From contig CM126226.1 in NCBI GenBank assembly GCA_052327205.1, positions 31,310,001 to 31,374,000 of the forward strand: a stretch of 64,000 nucleotides of DNA. Reading direction: 5' to 3'. The DNA comes from Somniosus microcephalus. Lineage: Eukaryota. Positions within the stretch are counted from its first letter, which is position 1; the number at the start of each line of letters is the position of its first letter. A program made the translations under genes and the position numbers. This document shows positions 1 to 14,000 of this stretch, piece after piece. Below the pieces are notes generated by a model. That model saw only the letters and a list, made by a program, of their open reading frames with translations, was not told the origin of the DNA and did no database searches.

Positions 1-1540
1 GATTCCCATCTCCCTCATATGCTTATCTCACCGCCCCTTGAATGCATCTATACTATTCGCCTCAACCACTCCCTGTGGTAACGAGTTCCACATTCTCACC
101 ACTCCAGGTAAAGAAGTTTCTTCTGAATTCCCTATTGGACTTCTTGGTGACTATCTTATATTGATGGCCTTGAGTTATGCTCTTCCCCACACGTGGAAAC
201 ATTCTCTATCTTATCACTTATCACTTGGAGGGTGCGAGTCTAGATGGGGTAGAGGATACAAAAGGATCTAGGAGTACAAATGCACACTAAGTCTAAATCG
301 TTAATGTAAATTGTGAACAACAGTGGTCCCAGCACTGATCCTTGTGGCACACCACTTCCCACCTTCTGCCACTGTGAACAGCTACCCTTTGCTCCTACTC
401 TCTGCTTTCTGTCCTGAAGCCAGCCAGCAATCCATTCTGCTACTTGTCCCCTGACTCCACATTCTCTGACCTTGTTCATCAGTCTTATTATCGAAGGCTT
501 TTTGAAAATCTAGATAAGTTACATCTACTGCAGTACCATTGTCTATTCTCTCTGTTACCTGTTCAAAAAATTCAACAAGGTTGGTCAAGCAAGATTTTCC
601 CTTTTGAAATCCATGTTGACTATTCATTATATTTTTTGTTTCTAGATGTTCTTCTATTTTCTCCTTTAGTAGGGGTTCCATTATTTTTCCTACCACCGAT
701 GTTAAGCTGACTGGTCTATAATTCCCTGGACATGTCCTATCCCTCTTTGACTTATTTTACTTTTTATCTGTTCTTCCAAAATTAATTGCCATTTCCTTTA
801 ATGTTCTCTGGCAGTCTTCATATTTTTTCGTCGCCTTTCTAATCTTTTTTTGTTTCCTCCTCTATTTTCTATACTCTGGATTTTCTTCCATATTGTTAGC
901 CCCAGATTTGACCGAATGCATGTTTAATTCTCATTTTAATTTGAATTTCTTTCCTCTTCCAAGGAACTCCAGTTTTTGTTGCGCCACATTGCCTTCTGGG
1001 AACATGCCTCATTGTCTCCATTTTGAAAGTTTCCTATTCTTCGTGTGCAGTCTTGGTTGCTAACTTTCCAATTTATCTGGGGTTTTTATCTCGTTGAAAT
1101 CTTCATTTTTCCTGTCCGGTACCATTATCTTTGATGTTTTCTCTATCTTTTATTAAATTCTATTTGCAGTTTTCAGATGACTTCGACCCTTACATTACTG
1201 ACTGGCTTCATGTCATTTCCTAGAGCTTGATCCAATACTGTTAGACTAAAATTATCTCCCCTCGAAAGCTGTCCTGGACACATTGTAGAAACGACTCTCC
1301 TTCATTGCCCCCTTTCATTACTCTTACCTCAGACTATCTTTGAATAACTAAAGTCACTTATTATGGCCTTGTTATTTCTGCATCTTTCTCTAATTTGTCT
1401 AAATATCTCTTGCTGTACCCTTCAGCGGTCTATAGTAAACTTGCAGTAGTGTAAGAGTTCCCTTAACTAATCAAATAGATTCAGGTTTTCCATTATTGCT
1501 AGGCTCTAGTGATGTAATGGAATCCTTAATTAGAGCTCCC
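1..1540 (-). mobile_element. Degenerate CR1-type LINE ORF2 fragments
   Basis: Peptides [46 protein letters not shown]. Confidence 0.8.
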
Positions 1541-2090
1541 GGTTGCCTATCATTTTAATTCTCCAGACTGCTCCCACTCTGACTGCTCTGTCCTCGGCCT
1601 GCTACACTGTTCCAATGAAGCTCAAGGAACAGCATCTCATCTTTTGATTAGGCACTTTACAGCCTTCTGGATGCCACGTTGAGTTCAACAATTTCAGGCC
1701 ATAACCTCTGCCCCCATTTTTTCAGACGGCAACTGTTGCTGATGATTCTAATGTTCCCATTTACACCTCCTCTGGACCCATCTTTTTGTTTCTTAACTTG
1801 TCGCATTACCATCTCCTTTTGCCTTGCGCCATCATCCCTTTTGTCATTTAATCTCTCCTGCCTTCCATCCTATCACAGACCTTCCCTTTTGTTCTGTCCT
1901 CCCCCTTTCCCTGCCCCTCTACTTGCTTAAAACCTGTTGCATCTCTAACCTTTTCCAATTCTGACGAAAGGTCATCGACCTGAAACGTTAACTCTGTTTC
2001 TCGCTCCCCAAATGCTGCCTGACCTGCTGAGGATTTCCAGCATTTTCTGTGTTTATTTGATTTCCAGCATCCGCAGTATCTTTTGCTTTA
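1541..2090 (+). mobile_element. Penelope-like element 3' end (GIY-YIG C-terminus relic plus terminal repeat)
   Basis: LGLLHCSNEAQ...EQHLIF*LGTLQPSG..VEFNNFR, then a pyrimidine-rich tail and a hammerhead-like core at 1957-1993. Confidence 0.75.
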
Positions 2091-2239
2091 ACTAATATTG
2101 CTGTCCCTTCTATTTTTCCTACTGTAACCCGCCTGAATATTTTCTAACCAAGAATGTTTAGCTCGCAGTCCTGCCTTGGCTTAAGCTGCATCGCTGCTAA
2201 TGCTGTTGAGTGGTTTTAACTGTCCCAGATAGACGGGCA

Positions 2240-4830
2240 TAAATGTAATGCATGTGGTCTTAGTGGAGAATCATTTTTAGAACGCATCCTAAATCCGTAT
2301 GTTTCCAGTCCAACAAGGAAAAAAGCATTACTGGATTTAGTTTTGGGAAATGAAGTCGGCTAAATAACTTGTGTGAGAGTAGACGACCAATTGGGAATGA
2401 ATCACCACATTGTTAGGTGCAGTGTAAATACAGAAAAAGGACAATGAAGCCAAAGATAAGGGTGCTGGGTTGAAAAAGGCAACATTTGGTGTGGAAAAAT
2501 CAGATCTGGCTCAAATTAAGTCAACAGAAAAGTTCGCAAACAGGATGCCTGATCAGTGGGCAATCTTCAAATACGAGACAGATAGATTTAAGACAAAACC
2601 CATCAGGAGGGCACAGAGCCTGCAAAGGGATATAGCCAGGTTAAGTGAGTGGGCAGTAAGGTGGCAGATGGAGAATAATGTGGGGAAATGTGAGGTTATT
2701 CACTTTGGTAGGAAGAATAGAAAAACAATTTTTTTAAATGGTGAAAAACTATTAAATGTTGGTGTTCAGAGAGATTTAGGTGTCCTCGTACAGGAAACCG
2801 AGTTAGCATGCAGGTACAGCAAGCAATTAGGAAGGCAAATGGCATGTTGGCCTTTACTGCAAGGGGGTTGGAGTATAAGAGTAAGGAAGTCTTGCTACAA
2901 TTGTACAGGGCCTTGGTGAGACCACACCTGGAGTACTGTGCACAGTTTTGGTCTCCTTATCTAAGGAAGGATATACTTGCCTTGGAGGCGGTGCAACGAA
3001 GGTTCACTAGATTGATTCCTGGGATGAGAGGACTGTCCTATGATGAGAGATTGTGTAGAATGGGCCTATACTCTCTGGAGTTTAGAAGAATGAGAGGTGA
3101 TCTCATTGAAACATACAAGATTCTGAGGGGAATTGACAGGGTAGATGCTGAGAGGTTGGTTCCCCTATCTGGAGTGTCTAAAACTAGGGGCATAGTCTCA
3201 GTATAAGGGGTCAGCCATTAAAACTGACATGAGGAGGTATTTATTCACTGAGGGTTGTAAATCTTTGGAATTCTCTACCCTAAATGGCTGTGGATGCTGA
3301 ATCGTTGAGTATATTCAAGACTGCAATAGCTAGATTTTTGGACTCTAGGGGAATCGAGGGATATGGAGTTGAGATCGAAGATCAGCCATGTTCTTATTGA
3401 ATGGCGGAGCAGGCTCGAGGGGCCGTATGACCTACTCCTGCTCCTAATTCTTATGTTATCAAAGAATAGAGTTCAGTGGGAAAATAAATAAATTAAAAAG
3501 AAACTGAAATGGTAAATACATGATAAAATTAGGGCTAACTATTAAAGCAAATCATGGGCAATATAGCAAAGGGCGGAGAAAGGAGTGATTTAGGAGGGCA
3601 AGAAGGAATATGAAAAAGGCTAATGGGTAACAGAGCAAAACAATGAGGCCTGTTATAAGCATATTTAAAAAGTAAAAGAATAGTTCGAGAAAGGGTAGGA
3701 GCGCTGAAGGATGAAGAGAGAAATCCAATTTTGAAGGATGGCAGAGCTGTTAAATATTTGGTGCCAGTTTTTACAAAGTGTAGATGTACCAGAGGAGGAT
3801 GTGGAACAAATCTTGAGATAGCTGCAGGAAAGGAATTGCTTCTGAAGAAGTTAGCAGACCTCGAGGTGGACAAGTCACTGGGCCCTGATGGCACGCACAC
3901 AAGGCTGTTGAAGGAAGTCGGAGAGACGATAGCAGAGGTTCTGTCCACTGTCTTTCAGTCTTCTCTATATATGCAAATTATGCGGTGGACTGAAGGGTAG
4001 CCAATATAACCCCTCTGTTCAAGAAGGGAGAGGAGGAAAAACCAGGTAACTATAGACTAAGTTAGTCTAATGTCAGTTGCAGGCAAACTCGTAGAATCCA
4101 TCATTCAAGATAAAATTAGTGAGCATTTAGAAATGTATGGTTTAATTATGAGCAGCCAGCATGGATTTGTTAAAGCAAGTCGTGTTTGACAAATTTAATA
4201 ATTTTCAGAAGACATGTTCGATTGGATTGATAAAAGGAATGTAATAGATGCAGCGTCCATGGATTTTCAGAAGACATTTGATGAGGTGTCTCAGGATTCA
4301 AGAGTATTGTATAAGAGAAGATGATGGACAAGAAACAAAGGGTTAGTGTTAATGGGTGTTGCTTCGATTGGAGACAGGTTGGAAGTGGTGTACCTCCGGG
4401 GTCAGTGCTGGCTGCCATTTTGTTCCCTGAATAAATAGATGATTTGGATTTGCGCATAGGGAAAATATTGAAATTTGGTGGTGACAAGAAATAGCAGGTT
4501 TACAGTGAGGAGGATTCTAAAAGATTTCAGGAGGACATAGGTAGGGTTAGCGTAATACACAGACTTGTGGCAGATATAATTTTATTACAGATGAACGTGA
4601 GGTAGTACAAGGTTGAAGAAGTAATAAACTTGTGCGAGACAATGGTTTGGCCACAATTAGTCTTGTGTGCAGTCTTGGGCCTGTTGTCCCAGAAAGGACA
4701 TTAAAGCCATAGAGAGCAAACCGTGTCGATTCACCAGGATAATGACAAGGTTGGAAAAACTATAGTTATTAGGGGAGCCTTCAGATATTGGGACTACTCA
4801 CATTTGAGTAGCGAAGGCTAAGTGTGGAGA
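2240..4830 (+). mobile_element. Old CR1 LINE relic interrupted by a younger 5'-truncated CR1 (about 2605-3458)
   Basis: The young part encodes LYRALVRPHLEYCAQFWSPYLRKDILALEAVQRRFTRLIPG and ends in cttatgttat; the flanks carry KSLGPDGTHTRLLKEV and HGF-type RT relics. Confidence 0.85.
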
Positions 4831-4833
4831 TTT

Positions 4834-5448
4834 CATAGAATGATACAGCACAGAAGGAGGCCATTCGGCCCATCGTGCCTGTGCCGGCTGTTTGGTAGAG
4901 CTATCCAATTAGTCCCACTCCCCCGCTCTTTCCCCATAGCCCTACAATTTTTTTCCCCTTCATGTATTTATCCAATTCCATTTTGAAAGTTATTGAATCT
5001 GCTTCCACCACCCTTTCAGGCAGCGCATTCCCGATCATCATAACTCGCTGTGTTTATAAAAATAAAAAATAAAAATGTTTACTTATGTCACCTCTGGTTC
5101 TTTTGCCAATCATCTTAAATCTGTGTCCTCTGGTTACCGATCCTTCTGCCACTGGAAACAGTTTCTCTTTATTTACTCTATCAAAACCGTTCATGATTTA
5201 AACACCTCTATCAAATCTCCTCTTAACCTTCTCTGCTCTAAGGAAAACAACCCCAGCTTCTCCAGACTCTCCACATAACTGAAGTCCCTCATCCCTGGTA
5301 CCATTCTAGTAAATCTCTTCTGCACTCTCTCTAAGGCCTTGACATCCAATACTCCAGCTGAGGCCTAACCAGTGTTTTATAAAGGTTTAGCATAACTTCC
5401 TGGCTCTTGTACTCTATGCCTTTATTAATTAAGCCAAGGATCCCGTAT
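4834..5448 (-). mobile_element. CR1 LINE 3' fragment
   Basis: YGILGLINKGIEYKSQEVMLNLYKTLVRPQLEY; same 3' UTR type as 37755-38760. Confidence 0.8.
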
Positions 5449-5459
5449 AAGGAAATGAT

Positions 5460-6075
5460 GACATGCAGAAAGTGTCTCCAACTGCGTGCACTTGAACTCG
5501 AGTTTAAGGAGCAGCTGGGGGCACGTGTCACGTGGGGGGTTAAGGGTTCTCCAAGTGCACATTCCTAATTGGTCACTCTGCAGGCAATGTGAAGAAGGGA
5601 AGTGGATAACCATCCATCGGGACAGGAAGGGGAAGCATTGCAGGGATAAAAAGATACTCCGTATTGAGTACCTGTGACGATGGCAACAAGTGGAGGCGGC
5701 CTACTATGAGCAATGCTATGGCACTGTAGAACACGTAGTGTCTAAAGGTGAGAGTGAAGTGCGAGATGCAGTAGTAATGGGGTTGTTCCATAGTCCAAGC
5801 AATAAATGGGTGCTTTCATAGTCACAACCAAAAGTCTTGATTGTGTGTTGCCTCACAGCTGCCGGGGCAAGGATACAACTGCGCTAGTACAAAATAATTT
5901 AGAGAGGGAAGGGGAAACAGCGAGAAGTTGTGGTTCACATTGGAATCAAGAACGTGGAAGGAACAAAATGGAGGTCCTGCAAAAGGGAGTTTAAAGAGTT
6001 GGGAGTTAGCTTAAAGAGCAGGACCTCAAGGATAGTAATCTCCAGATTACTTGTGCTGCACATACTAGAAGGAAG
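5460..6075 (+). mobile_element. CR1 ORF1 (esterase/SGNH-like) relic
   Basis: Fragments LEREGETA, VVVHIGIKNV, EFKELGVSLKSRTSRIVISRLL. Confidence 0.55.
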
Positions 6076-6233
6076 GACTGTGCATTTATGTAACTCCATT
6101 TATATAGCACTTTTATCATGTCCTCAAGACATCTCAGAAGTGCTTCACATCCAATTAATTTTTGAACAGTAACATGGAACTTACTATTGTCCTCTGTCTT
6201 ATCAATTCTTATGAAGACCACCACAGTCACCTT

Positions 6234-6479
6234 TACAAAAGCAAAATACTGCGGATGCTGGAAATCTGAAACAAAAACAGAAAATGCTGGAAATACTCGG
6301 CAGGTCAGGCAGCATCTGTGGAGAGAGAAACAGAGTTAACGTTTCAGGTCGACAACCCTTCGTCAGAACTGGGGAAGGGTTCTGACGAAGGGTCATCGAC
6401 CTGAAACATTAACTCTTGTTTCTCTCTCCACAGATGCTGCCTGACCTGCTGAGTGTTGCCAGCATTTTCTGTTTTTGTT
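6234..6479. mobile_element. Inverted pair of Penelope-like terminal repeats with a 14-bp target-site duplication
   Basis: Arms of about 100 bp (6273-6369 and 6380-6477); ACCACAGTCACCTT at 6220-6233 and 6480-6493. Confidence 0.8.
6334..6370 (-). ncRNA. Minimal type I hammerhead ribozyme motif
   Basis: - strand reads AGTT CTGACGA AGG GTTGTCGA CCT GAAAC GTT AACT: CUGANGA and GAAA cores, stem II AGG/CCT, stem I AGTT/AACT, palindromic AACGTT in place of stem III. Confidence 0.55.
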
Positions 6480-7023
6480 ACCACAGTCACCTTGTCTGGA
6501 ACTGACCTTTGTGTATATTCCTTTAGAGAAATAGTCTGTGCAATCCTGTTTTAATCCCTTATATGCTGAATCTAGCGATACAAAAATATAAGTTTAAAAA
6601 ATTCAGCACAGATTTTAAAGTCATCGATTTTTGTCACCACTGCAGTCATTGGTGTAACTGATCCCTGTGCTGGTGCTGCTGCTGGAGGTAATGTCGACCG
6701 GCACGAAGAACTTGCAGCTGGTGTGGCCGATAGCAACATCATGTATCTTGCTGCAAGGCTGCTGGCAGGGCGAATGGCTAAAGTTGTTTTGCAATCGCTG
6801 TAGAGAATTGGCTGCTAAATAGTCAAAAAAACAACCACTTTAAACTCTGCACATGCAGTTACTTTAAAATGGAATCGATTGGCTGTAGAAATTCCTGCAT
6901 GGTACAAACCGAGCTGGGGTGCTTCAGGAAGAGTGATCAATCTTTGGAATAACGTCCCAGTCAGTTTAGTAGAAACAAATATATTGGGGATGTTCAAAAT
7001 GAGTTTTAGTTGACGGAATTTTA

Positions 7024-7563
7024 TCATAGAAGATAGGAGCGGGAGTAGGCCATTCGGCCCCTCGAGCCTGCTCCGCCATTTACAGTAATGAGATCATGGC
7101 TGATCATCCAAATTCAGTACCCGGTCCCTGCTTTCTCCCCATATCCCTTGATCCCTTTAGCCTCAAGAAATATATCTAACTCCTTCTTGAATATATTTAA
7201 TGAATTGGCCTCCACTGCCTTGTGTGGTAGAGAATTCCACAGGTTCACCACTCTCTGGGTGAAGAAATTCCTCCTCGTCTCTGTCCTAAATGGCTTACCC
7301 CTTATCCTTAGACTGTGACCCCTGGTTCTGGACTTCCCCGCCATCGGGAACATCCTTCCTGCATCTAGTCTGTCTAGTCCTGTTAGAATTTTATAAGTTT
7401 CAATGAGATCCCCTCTCATTCTTCTAAACTCCAGCGAGTATAAGCCCAATCGACCCAATCTCTCCTCATACGTCATTCCTGCCGTCCCAGGTATCAGTCT
7501 GGTGAATCTTCGCTGCACTCCCTCCATGTCAAGAACATCCTTCCTCAGATAAGGCGACCAAAA
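7024..7563 (-). mobile_element. Young CR1 LINE 3' fragment
   Basis: 137-aa open frame VQRRFTRLIPG...RRNFFTQRVVNLWNSLP. Confidence 0.9.
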
Positions 7564-7903
7564 TCAGATAAGGCGACCATTGCTGACATATCCTATATTC
7601 TTGGGTATGAATGCGCTATGAGTTCTGCTTATCCCTTGTTCAAATGTGAATAGGCTGTGGTTTTTGTGCTAAACTGGCGAGAAATGGCTGCATGTCTCAT
7701 TTTATTTTTTAACTTTGTTGCAGTATTTCTGGCTAGTTCACAGATGATTTGATTTTAATTTTCAGTTCTGCTTTCCGTCATTTTTTAAAATATATATATG
7801 CCCGTTTAGTCTAAGAATGGCCGGTTGGATTTGGCAATAAGAGCACTGCCCAACGCCTGTAAACTGTCTAATGAGAGAATTTGTTTTTACTTCTTTATCT
7901 TAG

Positions 7904-8034
7904 ATGAGCAACAACAGTAACAAGCGAGCTCCAACAACGGCAACACAGAGACTGAAACAGGACTATCTTCGAATAAAGAAAGACCCAGTGCCTTATATCT
8001 GCGCCGAACCTCTTCCATCTAATATTCTTGAATG
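7904..8034 (+). CDS. UBE2J2: UBE2J2 coding exon 1 (131 nt)
   Basis: tctttatcttag|ATG AGC AAC ... GAA TG|gtaagt; the ATG directly follows an acceptor, implying an upstream non-coding exon. Confidence 0.95.
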
Positions 8035-11000
8035 GTAAGTGTGAGTATATAGTGTTAAATTTGCTTAACCGGTTGTATGTGTAGATTGGGATGGGCAATA
8101 AATACTGGCGTTGCCAGCGACACCCACGTCCCATGAATGAATAAAAAAAATCTCAATCGCAAAGTGGTTACAGATGAGGAAGCTCATTCAGCCAATCTTG
8201 GTTCACACATGCTGAATGACCCTGAAGTCACTGCCCATTGCAGCATCCAATTGGTTCTTAATTCATTTATGAATTTCCGCCTCCACTATTCGATCAGGGA
8301 GTCCATTCCATGTATTGATCACTCGGGAAGACCTTCTAATACTAAATTGAACATGCGGTCCCATGTCCAACTGTTACAATTTAATTTTAAATATTTTTTC
8401 AAATTTACCGTTCCATAACATTTACTATCTTGTATGTCTCTAAGGTAACCTCCTTTCAAAGCTGGAAAGCCTAAGTTTCTCCAGTCTTTTCTCATAACTT
8501 AAACCCCTAACACCAGGGAACAGCCATGTGGCTCTCTTAATTGCCTCCAGTGCTTGAATGTCTCCCTTGTGTCTCGGGCACAGCACGCGAGGTGTGGTCT
8601 GTCTAAAGCACTATACATAATAAAAACAGAAAATGCTGGAAATACTCAGCAGGTCAGGCAGCATCTGTGGAGAGCGAAACAGAGTTAACGCTTCAGGTCG
8701 ATGACCTTTCCTCAGAACTATACCGTTTGCTGCTGACTTCCTGTGACTTCTATTCGACTGTTTTGGTTTGATCGTTCAACGACTTATTGGCTTTGTTGAT
8801 TGCCGCTCTGCATTGGCTGGACATACTGAGTGTTCAATCGAATGAGCCTTTGGGGGGTTTTTTTCAACCTCATCTGTAGCTAATTTAACTCCTTTCGTGG
8901 TTTCTTTAAGTTTGCACTTAATTTTCAATTATTCCCTTTTGATACTTTAAATTTTTCATGTGAGAATGGTACAGCCAGCATGCAGTTTCGGTCATGCTGA
9001 CGCCGACACACTGTCTATATGTGGATTTCTGTGACACACTTTCACTTGCTTTGCTCCAATTTTATACGAAGTAGTGAAGAATCGGCCCCGTGGTTATGCG
9101 CACTGAGCAAAATAAACCACTAAGGAAAAATAAACTGAACCCAATCTAATTGCATTAAAAAAAAAATTCTACATCCTTTCGGCTGCAACAGATCAGATCT
9201 GTAACTGAGAAATGCTGAAATTCTCAGTCAAACAAACAAAATGAACCTGAACTGATCAAATTGCGCAAAATGCTTTTTCAAAAGCCATTTACCTGTCACT
9301 TTTCTTATTTTAAATATGAGATTCAAAATAAAGCTGCTCCCCTAGATTTAAAAAAAAATGTTTTTGTTATGCCTGGTGCTGCTCCTGGCCTGCCCTTCTA
9401 AACGCTCTTCATTTAACCAGGTTTGTCCCTGGGTTTGATGGTGATGGAGGAGTACGGGATGCGGTGAGTCGTGAGGTTACAGGTTGTGGTGGTATATAGT
9501 TCTGCTGCTGTTGATGACCCACAATGCCTCATGGATGCCCAACTTTTGTGCTGCTGATTGCAAGATTTGCTCTAATTTATCGAAGTGACTGCTAACCAGC
9601 CTCCTGCAGCTCTTTTTTGCCTGTCGTGTGAGGGGTAGATTGCACACTTCTGATTGTTGTGAACTAGAATGCCTACAGGCAGCACCATGTTTGGAATTAG
9701 ATAACGTGCTTACCGCTCATTGGGATTCTGTGGGATTTTCCACAGGCATATTTTGTGAATTCATGCCAGTGTGAGGGATGGGTTGATGTGTGTTATGATG
9801 AGCTAATGGAAATTCAGCTAAGTTCCCGTGATGAGACAGAACTCCCTTGCCATCATCCCATTGTATACCAAGGTGCAAAGGATGTTAGCGTTCTGTTTGC
9901 TTTGCCATCTTCAAGACTGCTTCTGCATTAAAAGGGAGCCAGTGTAAAAGTATTAGAAGAGTGGTCATTTGTTATGGCCATGTACCATTGTACATTTAGA
10001 GATATATACAGGAAACTCTTTTTCATCCGGCACTGACGGGACCGGTGTGGTGCCGGTTTATCAAAAAGTCCGGATTACAGAGAGTTATAGTTAAAAGGTA
10101 CAAGAGCTCCGTACACAGCCACAAATCCAGGCTTCCCTGTTGCTTAGCAACAGCTGCAAGAAGCCCGGCCACAGACCAAGCGTCCCTGCAGGAACCCCCG
10201 ATTACACAGCCAAGAATCAAGAAACGGCCACTAATATGAAGAAATACTTAACTGAACTCCTGAATTTTGCCGGTTAACCGAGATTTCCGGTTGTTTGGGT
10301 GCCGGTAAATCAAGAGTTTCCATATCCATTTCATAAACAGCACTTATGTACTTACACCAGAGACCGTCTTTCCAAGACTTTACCAGAGCAGCTGGGAGAA
10401 CAACCAAATCTTTCAAGCATTTCACCCAGTTGTATGCAATATAGATTTCCAATTGTACTGTACAGTACTTTGCTCATTATTCTATTTCTAAAGAACCAGT
10501 TTAATCATGTATCAGTAGTTTAGCCTGCACAAAACAGTCTTGCATTGTGAATGTTTTCTGCCTTGCGGATCGACAGAAGAAACAGTGGGAATCCTGCAGC
10601 ACCACAAGCAATTTGTTTAGCTCGAGGTCAATTGCTTTACCTAGGCCAGTGCTGTCCAATCGAAACTGCTGACTAGCACAGGCGTGGCTACATCAACACT
10701 GTTTTAGCCACATGGACTAATTTTAGTTGAAACTCTGTACAGTACAGGTGAATGTACTTCATCATGTGTATATTTACTTAAAAAACAAGTTTAAAGTGCA
10801 CATGCACACACTGTGCAAATGAGTATTGAGATCACATGCCCAATTAAGGAGTCTCTATTACTCCTTTTGTTTACTGATCTAAATTAGCCATTTCTGGATT
10901 CCCAATTGGCCACGTGTGACTAGTCGTTAACATATTGGACAAAACTAACCTAGGCCGCACCACCTCACTGCGGCAGAAAGTAAAAGCTGCACCTTTCAGT

Positions 11001-14000
11001 TTGTAAAAGGCACTATCTGTTTCTGGAAAATGTTTTCAAGCTACTTGCAAGAGAAAAATGTGTTGGAAAAAGTCAGTAATTTGTGACCCGTGATTTTTGT
11101 GTAAAATAACTGACAGCCAAGCCCTTTTATTTTCCATAAAAATATCAGGATAGTAAAAATGGAAGTTTCTTAGCAGGTCTAAATGATAAATCGCTTGCTG
11201 TATCCCCTCATCCACTGGGGTAAAATTGCTGTAACAATGCTCTGTAACGAGCAGTTTTACTCTGATGTGATTTAATTCCCCACCATCACTGTCAATCTCT
11301 TGCTTCTAATTTTATGTTCAGGCATAAAAATGCGAGTCAAAGGTTTAAAAACGACAACATTTACAAGTAAAGGCTTCCGAAACACTATAGGATTGTGCCA
11401 GAATACAGCAAAACTATTGTATTATTAAATTGCAAAAGACCATGTGCATGCTAAATTTAAGCACAGAACAGCCTTATTTAGGAAGCAGAGCATGGAAAAT
11501 TGTGGTTTCCTTAACATTTGCCATCTCTTGCTAGGCATTACGTGGTACGAGGCCCTGAGAAAACACCGTATGAGGGTATGTATTGGCATTCCTGTATATT
11601 CTGATTTGATAATTGATGGCTGGTATATTAATGTCACTCTCTTTAATTTATCACATTCTTTAGTCATGCTTATTATTCCATAATAAACTGGTTGCTGCAC
11701 AACATGCTAAATATATACCTTTCTGACTGATGAGCAGTTGGGCAAGATTTAAATTTACGTTTCTTAATGACAAAGTTCTAAGTATTGTCATTTCATTATT
11801 TATCCGCTGTGTATCGAATGCAATGTACAAGTTGTGTGATGTGCAATTTTCCGTCACCAAAATTTTACTGAACATTTAAAGTATGGACGAAGAACATTCT
11901 CATGGTAACAATGCATTTTAAAGTCAATTAGTGAATGGATTCACTGTTTAAAAAGGAGTTTGATAAAACTTCAGCTTAAAAGTTTAATGGCAAAGTTCTG
12001 CTGCCACCCTGCTGGATACAGATGAGGTACTGCAAGCCGATTGGCTTCTCAGCAGCAAGAAGAGCGTAGAGACTATTCAAATATAAGGCGGTAACATTTC
12101 TGAAATTTGTAGAAATGGGGGGTGTTTATTTGTTTTTAAAGACCATTGCATCTCCCAAGTTAAGAAGCAGAGGTTAGGAAGTGAGTGGGAGTCCGGGGTG
12201 GAAGCGGAACAGGAAGCAAGTGGCAGGTAAGGGCCAGAAGCCTGTCACAAAACGTGAAACCTTGGAGAGTGAGGGAGAGGGGAGGGTGGCTGCCCTGAGG
12301 AGCGAGTTACAGGTTGGGAAGGTGGAGGGTCTGCCAGTGAAAGAGCAGGTAGGACCGTTGTGGAGGTATTTTACAACTTTGAATTACCCCTTTTTAAAAA
12401 AAAAAAAAAAAAAACTTTGCTGGGCTGTAAATCGGGACCTTTGTGCGATAAAGAATGGTATATTTAAAGTTTTGACTGCTGAATATCTAAAAGTGAAATA
12501 TACATGTATTCTAATGGTGCTCTTGTTTTCTGTTCTAATCTAGGTGGTCTTTATCATGGAAAGTTGGTCTTTCCCAGAGAATTTCCCTTCAAACCCCCTA
12601 GTATTTATATGATTACACCAAATGGAAGATTCAAATGCAATACACGGTAAGAGATTTTGTATATGATTTCAGGTTTTCATTAGTAATGTGAAAGTAAGAG
12701 AACTTGTAGCGTGCAGTAGCATAAAAGGTTCTGCTGTCATCGGTTTTTCCCCTTCCTACAGCCTTTACCTCAGGTTATTCACATTGATCTAGCATTTACA
12801 TTTGCTGGGTTTAGGCAACAACGAATCTAGCGTTTCCAGTTTCTGGCACATACCTGTCCTCAAACCCTACAAAATTGTCTGCGCCAATCTCAAGGAGGCA
12901 TTAAAAAGCAACAATTCAGATAATGGTTTCAAAATTGGTGCAAGTCCAAAGGCTAAACTGTTTTAACTATCCCCTAACCAGAGATGCTAGAAATATTTGC
13001 AATTTTTGAACATTCATTTGAATGACTAGAAGGGTATGTAATACTTTTTGTCAAGGCTCACCATGAGCATGAAGGAGTTCTTGCAAAGCATCATTTTTTT
13101 CATCAGCCACAGAGGATGTCAGTGTTACAATTCAGCCATTCTCCAGGCACACACACAAATCCGCTCCATAAGCAAGCCCTTGCTTCTAATGAACCGAAGC
13201 GTTTCCTTACCTGGAAAGTATCCGATAATATAGCATGTTCACGGGGGCGATAAACTCATTTTGCTGCTGATAGGCTGACTGGAAGATGCCTTCGTATTCT
13301 CCTGATCTTTCTGACGGACTGTATTTCCCAGGCTCTAAGCTATAAATCAAGTTTATTAAAATCGAGCAAGAGCAAACAGCAGATTTTACTAGATCACAGT
13401 AAAATAATTTCTCCCCAACACTGCAAATCTATTTTAAAACGATAAATGTTTCAAAGGGTTAATAATGCTCCTAAGTTGGAACACACATCTGTGAGGAAAA
13501 GCTCATATGTCAACTTAAATATTCAGAGCATTTGACTAGTCCCAGCTTGTCAATGTTTGGCAAAGCAGAAATTCATTAAACAAACCTTGGTTTGGGACCC
13601 GAAGTAAGCCATTTCTTTATTTGGCAGTCTCAATTCAATCACAGTAAGATCAAGTGTCTTCCGCACTCAAAAAAAAAACACAGGTGTCAAATCACAAATG
13701 GGTTTTAAAGCCACACAGTCTGCCTGACAGGTTTTCCTAATAATATTTACCTCGTGAAACAAAACAAGTTGCCTGCAGGGAGTGATAGTTTTTTCCTCAG
13801 TTGGCCAGCAATCCCGTAAACGATTAGCTGTCTCCTTCTCACAGCCTGGTAAACAATATTAATTGTTTCTAACGCCTCTGTCTACCATTCATCAGTTCGT
13901 CTATCGAGCTGAGGTAACTCGTCTGTCTCTGAAGTGATGTACCAGCCAGTAATGTGAATTCATTATACTTGCAGACAGGCTGATCCCAAGAAGCAGTAAG

